Positions 25,113-32,000 of a stretch of 32,000 nucleotides of DNA are shown piece after piece. The notes below the pieces were generated by a model, which did not search any database, was not told where the DNA came from, and saw only the letters and a program-made list of their open reading frames with translations. Each line of letters starts with the position of its first letter. The first letter of the stretch is position 1. The stretch is taken from NCBI GenBank assembly GCA_963664995.2, contig OY761846.1, forward strand, positions 1,775,771 to 1,807,770, in the 5' to 3' direction. The DNA comes from Dehalococcoidia bacterium. GTDB taxonomy: Bacteria > Chloroflexota > Dehalococcoidia > Lucifugimonadales > Lucifugimonadaceae. The translations under genes were made by a program, and so were the position numbers.

Positions 25113-26159
25113 ATGGCAAGAGCGGCCGACACAAGAAACCTGACTATGAGCACCCGCGCGCGCTTGGCACGCCGACGTTGGGGTGTCTTCTACCAAGAGC
25201 GCATCGAACCGATTTTTCTATACTCGCGGCGCAACCCTTCCCTCATAGTAGGGCTAGCCATGCTTGGCACCCTACTGTTATTCACTGTCATCGGCCTGTT
25301 AGGTTACTCTCAACTGGAACCTCACACCAACGACCCATCGCAGAACTCACGTTTGGATGCCTACGTAAGCGGCGGTGCCCCGGTCGGAGATAAGCGCATG
25401 CCACCATCGTGGTGCACGTGGTGTGAGGACATCGTCGAACTTGAAGGCGATAAGAAGCCGACACTCTTCCAGTACCCTATGGGCACCGATACTCAGTCGC
25501 GCGACCTATTCGCAACCAACCTTAGAGGTATCCCCCTAACACTCGGCACCGGACTCATCGCAGGGCTATTGTCTGTCGGCATTGGTACCGTAACAGCTTT
25601 CGTTGCCGCTTACTATCGCGGCGTGCCCGACGTGGTCATTAGATTGTTGACCGACGTCGGTATTTCCATACCCGGCCTCTTGATTCTCATCATCATCAGG
25701 ATCCAACTTGGAACCGAACTGCTTTGGTGGCAGCTAGGCGCAGGCCTCGCGGCAGTCGGATGGGTCTTCTCATCACGGACCGTGCGCTCTCAAGTTCTGG
25801 TCTTGCGAGAACAGCCCTATGTCGAGATCGCCCGACAGTCAGGCATGTCCGGCCTAGCGATTATCTTCCGAGAGATGATGCCCAACCTGATTCCATACAT
25901 CACCGCTAGCTTCGTCGCTTCGGTAGCAGGATCGATACTCGCTTCGATTGGGTTGGAGGCGCTTGGATTAGGTGATTTCTCCTCACCCTCACTCGGCATG
26001 ACCGTCTACTGGGTGATCCAGTTCGGAGCCATCACACTCGGCATGTGGTGGTGGTGGCTATTCCCCTTGGCATTCATCGTCATCATCTTCGTCAGCCTCT
26101 TCCTGATCTCTGCCGGTTTGGACGAATGGTCAAACCCCAGACTACGCAGACAGGTATAA
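25113..26159 (+). CDS. ABC transporter permease (DppC/OppC-like) with extended N-terminal/periplasmic region
   Basis: LGTDTQSRDLF is close to the DppC GTDxxGRD motif. A BPD-transporter core follows (YYRGVPDVVIRLLTDVGISIPGLLILIII, EQPYVEIARQSGMSG). Confidence 0.85.
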   Translation: MARAADTRNLTMSTRARLARRRWGVFYQERIEPIFLYSRRNPSLIVGLAMLGTLLLFTVIGLLGYSQLEPHTNDPSQNSRLDAYVSGGAPVGDKRMPPSWCTWCEDIVELEGDKKPTLFQYPMGTDTQSRDLFATNLRGIPLTLGTGLIAGLLSVGIGTVTAFVAAYYRGVPDVVIRLLTDVGISIPGLLILIIIRIQLGTELLWWQLGAGLAAVGWVFSSRTVRSQVLVLREQPYVEIARQSGMSGLAIIFREMMPNLIPYITASFVASVAGSILASIGLEALGLGDFSSPSLGMTVYWVIQFGAITLGMWWWWLFPLAFIVIIFVSLFLISAGLDEWSNPRLRRQV

Positions 26160-26187
26160 CCGTAATCCTCAGCGACAAAACTCCAGA

Positions 26188-27276
26188 ATGGTTACCACCG
26201 AACAAGAAACGCATTCCTCAAATGCATCCGGAGACGAAGAGTTCGCGCTCCGCGTCGAGGATCTCAAGGTTTATTACGGTACGCCGCGAGGCACTGTAAA
26301 GGCTGTAGATGGCGTCTCGTTCAATCTGAAGCAGGGCGAACGATTCGCGCTCGTAGGCGAATCCGGCAGCGGAAAGAGCACCTTGGCGATGGCCATCATG
26401 CGCTTGACCCGCGAACCGGGCCACATCGCCGGCGGACACATCTACCTCAATGGACGCGACGTCGTTGATATGCCTGAGAGAGAGATACGTTCTATCCGCC
26501 TCCGCGAAATGGCGCTAGTGCCTCAGGGCGCTATGAACTCCCTCAACCCCGTGATGCGAGTCGGCGATCAGATAATCGACGGAATACTTGATCATGTTTC
26601 GTCAGGCGAATCGCAGCCAAACAGAGCCACACTTAACGAACGTGTGCACGATTTGCTGGTTCGCGTCGGACTCGATCCTTCGGTCGCCCGGCTACATCCA
26701 CATGAACTCAGCGGTGGAATGAAGCAACGCGTCGCCATGGCAATTGCTATTTCGCTCAACCCAAATATCATCGTTGCCGACGAACCGACCAGCGCGCTTG
26801 ATGTTGTGGTGCAACGACAGATCATGCAGACCCTCGGACGGCTACAAGAAGGCTTAGAAGCAGCGGTTCTACTGGTTGGGCACGACATGGGATTAGTCGC
26901 ACAGTTCGCCGACACCATCGGGGTGATGTATGCAGGCAAGCTCGTGGAAGTCGGTTCGGTGCCTGACGTGTTCAAAGACCCCAAGCATCCCTACACAAAG
27001 TTGCTGATCGAGAGCCTGCCATCGTTCGACATCAGCCGCAAGTTTGTCGGGATACCGGGAATGCAGCCCGCACTGTTGAACTTACCGCCGGGCTGCTCTT
27101 TCAACCCGCGTTGCCCTTCTGTGCATGAGCGATGTTTCAGTGAGATACCGGCATTCCTACCTATCGACGGACGCGGCGTGGCGTGTCACCTATACGACGA
27201 ACCCGTTATTCCGGCGGAAGTCGGCGCTTCAGCGGACGGAACGTCCATCCAAAGGGGTGAGGAGGCGACGAATTGA
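26188..27276 (+). CDS. ABC transporter ATP-binding protein (DppD/OppD-like)
   Basis: Walker A GESGSGKST, signature LSGGMKQR, Walker B IIVADEPTSALD. The oligopeptide-transporter C-terminal domain has HPYTKLL and the Cys cluster PPGCSFNPRCPSVHERC. Confidence 0.9.
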   Translation: MVTTEQETHSSNASGDEEFALRVEDLKVYYGTPRGTVKAVDGVSFNLKQGERFALVGESGSGKSTLAMAIMRLTREPGHIAGGHIYLNGRDVVDMPEREIRSIRLREMALVPQGAMNSLNPVMRVGDQIIDGILDHVSSGESQPNRATLNERVHDLLVRVGLDPSVARLHPHELSGGMKQRVAMAIAISLNPNIIVADEPTSALDVVVQRQIMQTLGRLQEGLEAAVLLVGHDMGLVAQFADTIGVMYAGKLVEVGSVPDVFKDPKHPYTKLLIESLPSFDISRKFVGIPGMQPALLNLPPGCSFNPRCPSVHERCFSEIPAFLPIDGRGVACHLYDEPVIPAEVGASADGTSIQRGEEATN

Positions 27277-28310
27277 GTGAATTCATGAAGCTCGAACACG
27301 TCACACGGACATTTGGTGGCGGCGCATTATCGACCAAGCCTCCGATCGTGGCGGTCGATGATGTCTCTCTCTCGATCAACGAGGATGAGCCGAAAATAAC
27401 AACTATCGCGGGCGAGAGCGGTTCGGGCAAAACCACTTTGGCGCGTCTGTTGATGGGCACTATCAGGCCGACCTTCGGCACGATGTACTACCGAGACAAG
27501 GACTTTTCAAAGCTGTCCCGGAAGGAGTCATGGCAGTTCAAGCAGGAAGTACAGTCGATCTACCAAGACCCGTTTGGCTCGTACAACCCGTTTTACAAGG
27601 TAGACCACGTACTAGAGACGCCGATCAGCCGCTTCAAGCTAGCCAAATCGAGGCAGGCGAAAAACGCAATGATCGAAGAAGCGTTGGCGATGGTAGGTTT
27701 GCAACCCGGCGACACGTTGGGACGTTTCCCACACCAGTTGAGCGGTGGTCAGCGTCAACGCATCATGGTTGCGCGTGCATTACTCATCAAGCCAAGGCTC
27801 ATCTTGGCGGATGAACCAGTCTCAATGGTCGACGCCTCATTGAGAGCCACGATCTTGGACAGCATCCGACGTCTTAATCGTGAGATCGGCATCTCAGTCG
27901 TCTACATCACCCACGACTTGACAACTGCCCTACAGATCAGCGACAACATCCTCGTCATGTACCGCGGCTCCGTCGTCGAATCTGGCGCCGTAGAACGAGT
28001 CATCCTAGAGCCTAAACATCCCTACACGCAACTGCTAATCGAATCGATTCCACAGCCCGATCCAGACAACAAGTGGGGCGACGAGCCACCTACCGCGCGC
28101 TTCGAAGACTTCGATACCATGTTCGGCTGCAAGTTCGCAGACCGATGCCCCCATGTCATGGACATCTGCAACGAAGAACAGCCACCCGGCTACCGTCTTG
28201 AACAGCACCGCCAAGCACAGTGCTACCTCTACCAAGACGAAGCCCAAGAAATGGAAGACCCAGACCTAGCCTCAATCTTCCAAGACCGCCGGGCTGAGTT
28301 GAACGTTTAA
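27273..28310 (+). CDS. ABC transporter ATP-binding protein (DppF/OppF-like)
   Basis: Walker A GESGSGKTT, signature LSGGQRQR, Walker B LILADEPVSMVD, then HPYTQLL and GCKFADRCPHVMDIC. TTG 27273 has GAGGAGG 7 nt upstream and overlaps the previous stop. ATG 27285 is an alternative start. Confidence 0.9.
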   Translation: MSEFMKLEHVTRTFGGGALSTKPPIVAVDDVSLSINEDEPKITTIAGESGSGKTTLARLLMGTIRPTFGTMYYRDKDFSKLSRKESWQFKQEVQSIYQDPFGSYNPFYKVDHVLETPISRFKLAKSRQAKNAMIEEALAMVGLQPGDTLGRFPHQLSGGQRQRIMVARALLIKPRLILADEPVSMVDASLRATILDSIRRLNREIGISVVYITHDLTTALQISDNILVMYRGSVVESGAVERVILEPKHPYTQLLIESIPQPDPDNKWGDEPPTARFEDFDTMFGCKFADRCPHVMDICNEEQPPGYRLEQHRQAQCYLYQDEAQEMEDPDLASIFQDRRAELNV

Positions 28311-28400
28311 CCTCGTCCCCTTCGCGAAGCGCAAGAAGACAGACGATAGGGACGCGAATGAATGAAGCGATGTTCTCACGGGGGATGCCTACATAAATCT

Positions 28401-28468
28401 CGTCATTCCCGCGCACACACTCCGTCATTCCCTAGCACACCCCGTCATTCCCGCGTAGGCGGGAATCC
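28401..28468. repeat. REP-like element array, type A: three head-to-tail CGTCATTCCC units, the last one the complete palindrome
   Basis: Units start at 28401, 28423 and 28443 (spacing 22 and 20 bp). The third reads CGTCATTCCCGCGTAGGCGGGAATCC, with a perfect 8-bp stem ATTCCCGC/GCGGGAAT (28447-28454 / 28459-28466) and a GTAG loop. Confidence 0.8.
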
Positions 28469-28530
28469 TCACAGCGGAACGCAACGGCGCAACGAGACGC
28501 AGGGGGCATACACCGAGCGTCCCACTACAT

Positions 28531-28619
28531 CATTCCGAGCATAGCCGTCTATCATTCCGAGCGCAGCCGTCTGTCATTCCGAAGGCAGCGGTCTGTCATT
28601 CCGAGCGCAGCCGAGGAAC
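28531..28619. repeat. REP-like element array, type B: four exact-period 22-bp units CATTCCGAGCGCAGCCGTCTGT
   Basis: Units start at 28531, 28553, 28575 and 28597. Only the last ends in ...GCCGAGGAAC, which restores the TTCC/GGAA inverted arms. It lies 77 nt upstream of the enolase-family ATG. Confidence 0.8.
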
Positions 28620-28695
28620 AACCCTCGTATAACCCCGCGTTGCGCTAAAATCCCATTGGTAGATCCATCCCTTAAAAACCCCCGCGGAAAACCCC

Positions 28696-29784
28696 ATGAA
28701 AATTACCGCATTCGACATCACACACCTAAAACGCGGCCGATCCCTACTACAGATCCACACCGACACCGGCATCACAGGCCTGTCCGAAGCGGATGGACAA
28801 ATCTTCGAGGCACACCTCGAATCCACCATCAAACCCCTGTTGATCGGTGAAGACCCTCGGCAGATCGACCGTCACTGGGAGACGCTCTACTTAGGTTCGC
28901 AGAAACAGATCCCGCGCGAAGCGAAGTTAAGTCCTCAAATTGTCGGGTCTGTAGACATCGCGCTTTGGGACATTTTGGGCAAAGATGCCGGACTACCGTG
29001 TCATGCGCTGATGGGCGGCGCGGCAAGGTTGGATATCCCTCTCTATTGGAGCGTGGGTAGCGGTTGGAGGAAGACACCTGAACAGATGGTCGAAGACGTC
29101 GAGGTCGGATGGAAGGCAGGTTACAAGTCGTTCAAGATCCGCATGGACTGGAAGAATTACCGTCAGGATGCTAACCCTGCGAAAGACCTTGCGATGTTCA
29201 AACTCGTCCGGGATTTTCTGCCCAATGACATATACCTCGGGTTCGACGCCAACAACGGCTATTCGGTCAGTACTGCTATTCAACTGGGGCACGCCTTTGA
29301 GGATCATGGCAGGATTGACCACTTCGAGGAGCCGTTGCCGCAATACGATTTGACGGGATTGCGGCAAGTCGTCGATGCGCTGGACGTGGCGGTATCGACT
29401 GGCGAACAGGATCGAGACCGATGGCGATTCCGAGACATCATCATGATCGCAAATCCCGACATTCTCCAGCCCGACATTCTTAATGCTGGCGGGCCTTCAG
29501 AAATCCTCAAAATCTACAAACTCGCCACGACGCACAACAAACCCATCATGCCGCACTCCCCCAACGCTGGCATTAACAGCATCGCTTCCATACACTGCTA
29601 CTCGACCATCAAAAACGCCATCCGCCCCCACGAATTCTCCACCGAATTCGCACCACCGCTCGATGACATTGCCGAGCTCTACGGGGATCATGTGGTGCCA
29701 ACTGACGGTGTGATTACTCTTACCGACAAGCCGGGTTTGGGTATCGATTTGAATGAGAGGGCATTGGCGAGGCTCGCCGCCTAA
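28696..29784 (+). CDS. Enolase-superfamily enzyme (mandelate racemase / muconate lactonizing enzyme family; acid-sugar-dehydratase-like)
   Basis: N-terminal capping domain (ITGLSEADGQ..). Barrel motifs FKIRMDWK, GFDANNGYS, FEEPLP, STGEQD and QPDILNAGG give the metal ligands D/E/E. MPHSP together with the QPD Asp suggests a His-Asp dyad of the MR subgroup. Confidence 0.8.
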   Translation: MKITAFDITHLKRGRSLLQIHTDTGITGLSEADGQIFEAHLESTIKPLLIGEDPRQIDRHWETLYLGSQKQIPREAKLSPQIVGSVDIALWDILGKDAGLPCHALMGGAARLDIPLYWSVGSGWRKTPEQMVEDVEVGWKAGYKSFKIRMDWKNYRQDANPAKDLAMFKLVRDFLPNDIYLGFDANNGYSVSTAIQLGHAFEDHGRIDHFEEPLPQYDLTGLRQVVDALDVAVSTGEQDRDRWRFRDIIMIANPDILQPDILNAGGPSEILKIYKLATTHNKPIMPHSPNAGINSIASIHCYSTIKNAIRPHEFSTEFAPPLDDIAELYGDHVVPTDGVITLTDKPGLGIDLNERALARLAA

Positions 29785-29795
29785 CAAACCATCCA

Positions 29796-29819
29796 TCATT
29801 CCGATGGAAGCCGGAATCC
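29796..29819. repeat. REP-like hairpin copy (TCATTCCG-atggaagc-CGGAATCC) just after the enolase-family stop
   Basis: It has the same CATTCC...GGAATCC ends as the upstream arrays. The stem is ATTCCG/CGGAAT. It lies 12 nt after the TAA and could double as a terminator. Confidence 0.6.
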
Positions 29820-29928
29820 AGAGGCGTGCTGAGGGGTTTCCTCCGCTGTGAAAGAGAATTTAGGGACTAGGAACAAAAACGCGAGCGGGCTTGATGTGCG
29901 GACGGATGTAAACTAGGTATCCAACGAT

Positions 29929-30870
29929 ATGGATACCGACGATTTTGAAGACTTACGGGAAGTAGACCCACGTTGCATCTGGCCGAACGAAGCCCGAGAC
30001 TTTACTCCGTGGCTGGCTGCAAATATCGAGCGTCTTACTAAGGCCCTACCCTTCGACTTAGAAACACTCCAAATCGAGACAGAGATCGATGGTCAATATG
30101 CTGACATCACCGCTACAGTGGCAGGTAGCGATACGAGAGTGATCATCGAGAATCAACTTGAAGATTCCGACGATGACCATCTCGTCCGGATACAGAGCTA
30201 CGCCGCAAAGCACGACGCGCAAGTCATCATTTGGGTGGCAAAGGATTTTAGCGAACGACATCGACAGATCGTCAACTGGATGAACAGCAATACTCTGGCA
30301 GGTGTTGCGTTTTATGGATTTCGAATCAGGGCTTTCAAAAAAGGCAAATCGAAACCTGATCCCTTCTTCGACTTGGTCATCCAACCGACTAGGCGAGTTC
30401 GCACGCGCAACCCAAACATCGCGCCCGGTAACGATCGTTACAAGGATTTCTTCCAGAGCATCGTCGATGAGCTCAGTCGGCGCAACGTTTTCGAATACAA
30501 AACTATAAGGCGTACCATAAGCTGGTGCGAATTTCAGGCTGGCATTAGCGGTGTAACCTACGTTGCCGCTTTTACACCTAGAACCACAGCCCGAGTTGAG
30601 GTGCACATTCGGTGCTGGATTGGATCAAACCACCAGATATATGAATATCTGGTGGACTGCAAGCAGGAAATCGAAAACGAACTAAGTGAGCCACTCAAAT
30701 GGGAACAGAGGGATCGACACTACGGACATTGGCACTTGATCGCAATCTACAAACCCGGATCGATAGACGGCACTGAAGACGAATTGTCGGAATTAAGCGA
30801 TTGGATGATTGAGAAGCTAGCCGAACTCAAGCAAGTCTTCGATCCGTATCTAGACGACGCAACCACTTGA
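29929..30870 (+). CDS. Hypothetical protein, PD-(D/E)XK-like nuclease-fold N-terminus plus DUF4268-like C-terminus
   Basis: The N-terminal segment YADITA..VIIENQLEDSDDDHLVRIQSYAA matches my recollection of the iENQLE..DhdHLgQ..tYaa block seen in DUF4268-annotated proteins. The C-terminal half has RYKDFFQSIVDEL...PLKWEQ. No search was run. Confidence 0.5.
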   Translation: MDTDDFEDLREVDPRCIWPNEARDFTPWLAANIERLTKALPFDLETLQIETEIDGQYADITATVAGSDTRVIIENQLEDSDDDHLVRIQSYAAKHDAQVIIWVAKDFSERHRQIVNWMNSNTLAGVAFYGFRIRAFKKGKSKPDPFFDLVIQPTRRVRTRNPNIAPGNDRYKDFFQSIVDELSRRNVFEYKTIRRTISWCEFQAGISGVTYVAAFTPRTTARVEVHIRCWIGSNHQIYEYLVDCKQEIENELSEPLKWEQRDRHYGHWHLIAIYKPGSIDGTEDELSELSDWMIEKLAELKQVFDPYLDDATT

Positions 30871-30983
30871 CAAACGCACTAGAAGATCATGTTCAAACTT
30901 GGCTGTCCCCCATCGATAAAAGACGTGTACACCAAGTGTAGCGTCTCCTACAAACATCCCTTCTATTCGCGTTAGAACCGACA

Positions 30984-31012
30984 CATGTTGCTACGGACAT
31001 GTTTGCAACATG
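30984..31012. promoter_or_regulatory. 8-bp perfect inverted repeat CATGTTGC-13 nt-GCAACATG upstream of the 31079 gene
   Basis: Read directly. The spacer repeats ACATGTT. It sits 67 nt upstream of the ATG at 31079 and 114 nt downstream of the previous stop. The function (operator or hairpin) is unknown. Confidence 0.25.
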
Positions 31013-31078
31013 GTAGACTTTCATCAATAGCCCTGCACAGTGATGCTAGGAATGTCTACAAAACTCTCCAAGGGAGGT

Positions 31079-31594
31079 ATGATGAACAAGCGTAAAGCCA
31101 ACAACATCAACCAACTGCATCGCACCTCGCATTCGCTTGAAAGTGCTTTGAGATCTCTGAATAGTGCTCTCCGAGCGCGCCCGACGAACGAGAATTCACA
31201 AAATCTGTTCAGACAAAGCCGAAAAGCGACGTTACCACTGCCTAATCGAGACATCGCACCAACGATCCCGAAACCACCGCCGCCGTCCATAAGCGATCTG
31301 AGTAAGTTAAACATCGCACCATTGATCCCGAAACCGCTGACTCCACCAAGAATCGATCTGAGTACACTGGATCTCCGGCCGAGCGTCCCGAAACTGCCCC
31401 ATATACCCAGACTCGACCTGGGTGTTATGAATGCTGTTTCGCAACAAACCTCCCGAATACGCGCACTGCAAAGCGAAGTCGATCAGTTACGCGATGAAAA
31501 CGCTTGGCTAAACAACCGAATCGAAGCGGTTGAAGCGGGGCAATGTAGCCACCGCTACGGTGAGCGCAACGTATTCGGTTGCTACTACTGCTAA
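31079..31594 (+). CDS. Hypothetical protein with three 20-aa proline-rich repeats, a coiled-coil segment and a Cys-rich tail
   Basis: GGGAGG lies immediately upstream of the tandem ATGs at 31079 and 31082; the ORF-track GTG at 31040 is less likely. The repeats follow IAP(T/L)IPKP..PP.I.DLS.L. These are followed by SRIRALQSEVDQLRDENAWLNNRIEAVE and then CSHRYGERNVFGCYYC. Confidence 0.5.
   Translation: MMNKRKANNINQLHRTSHSLESALRSLNSALRARPTNENSQNLFRQSRKATLPLPNRDIAPTIPKPPPPSISDLSKLNIAPLIPKPLTPPRIDLSTLDLRPSVPKLPHIPRLDLGVMNAVSQQTSRIRALQSEVDQLRDENAWLNNRIEAVEAGQCSHRYGERNVFGCYYC
31251..31430 (+). repeat. Intragenic 60-bp tandem repeat, three imperfect copies
   Basis: ACATCGCACC occurs at 31251 and 31311, exactly 60 bp apart. 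Both copies share GATCCCGAAACC and CGATCTGAGTA. A third, degenerate copy starts at about 31371 (GCGTCCCGAAACTGCCCC). Confidence 0.75.
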
Positions 31595-31615
31595 ACCCAA
31601 TCCCTTTCGGTTGCA

Positions 31616-31879
31616 ATGAAATCAACAATCGATCTACAAACTGCGACTCTGGTCGACGTAGTGCGCTACGCTATCCTACAAAGCATTGATCTAGGATTGG
31701 CGGATAGACAGCTCGGCATGTCCATTGAAGATGTTGAGAGACGTATCACTCACATGTTTGAAGAAGCGAGTGTCCAGCGACGAGTGACGGATGTGGGAAC
31801 CGTCCTAGCCGACCACACTGGCCAAAAAGGTCACGGATATTTCCGACGGGTTAAGCGAGGCGTTTACACAATTGCGTAG
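31616..31879 (+). CDS. Small hypothetical protein (87 aa), possible winged-helix tail
   Basis: The ORF starts 22 nt after the previous gene. The C-terminal GHGYFRRVKRGVYTIA resembles the G.Y.R...RGVY.L ending of several wHTH modules. This is a weak pattern call. Confidence 0.4.
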   Translation: MKSTIDLQTATLVDVVRYAILQSIDLGLADRQLGMSIEDVERRITHMFEEASVQRRVTDVGTVLADHTGQKGHGYFRRVKRGVYTIA

Positions 31880-32000
31880 CCGTAGCCTAGTCGGTCTACA
31901 ATAACTCGGTTGACTCGTTAGTGGCACAGCTGGCAATAGTATAGACGTTGGATAGTATACGTCCATGGAGTTTGATGCAAACTCGCCGGATGGTGTCCCG

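Noticed and set aside
28401-28619. A CRISPR array, because of the regular 20-22 bp periodicity.
   Set aside because: The units abut each other with no unique spacers. The unit length is too short. No cas genes are nearby. The sequence matches a dispersed REP-type palindrome instead.
28362-28832. ORFs 28362..28544(+) and 28596..28832(-) in the track.
   Set aside because: They are translated from the REP-like repeats (the first) or run antisense into the enolase-family gene start (the second). These are classic repeat-generated spurious ORFs.

Overview
Moderately GC-rich bacterial window with one tRNA and no rRNA. It reads like an accessory or biosynthetic region of an uncultured marine, possibly sponge-associated, bacterium; that lineage guess is inference only. 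All calls rest on motif recognition by eye and hand counting of coordinates; no database search or computation was run.

Layout:
1. 1-10128(-): one complete 3375-aa type I PKS, KS-AT-DH-cMT-ER-KR-ACP followed by a second KS and a decayed AT. Its stop codon sits on window bases 1-3, so any downstream partner genes are invisible.
2. 10.4-14.8 kb: an RdhA/QueG-superfamily Fe-S protein, a small acidic ORF, an ERG6-type sterol/olefin C-methyltransferase homologue, tRNA-Ala(UGC) on the minus strand, and a group II PLP decarboxylase.
3. 14.8-15.1 kb(-): a STAS-like gene remnant with an in-frame TAG that the ORF track misses.
4. 15.2-21.5 kb: nine tandem paralogues of a ~175-220 aa lipoprotein family I cannot assign to any known family (seven on +, two on -), interrupted by a YhhQ/VUT-type transporter. 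This is my top candidate for an undescribed system.
5. 21.7-28.3 kb: an Opp/Dpp-type ABC importer (family-5 lipoprotein SBP, two permeases, two ATPases).
6. 28.4-29.8 kb: an enolase-superfamily gene bracketed by REP-like repeat arrays.
7. 29.9-31.9 kb: three hypothetical genes (PD-(D/E)XK plus DUF4268-like; proline-repeat/coiled-coil; small wHTH-like).
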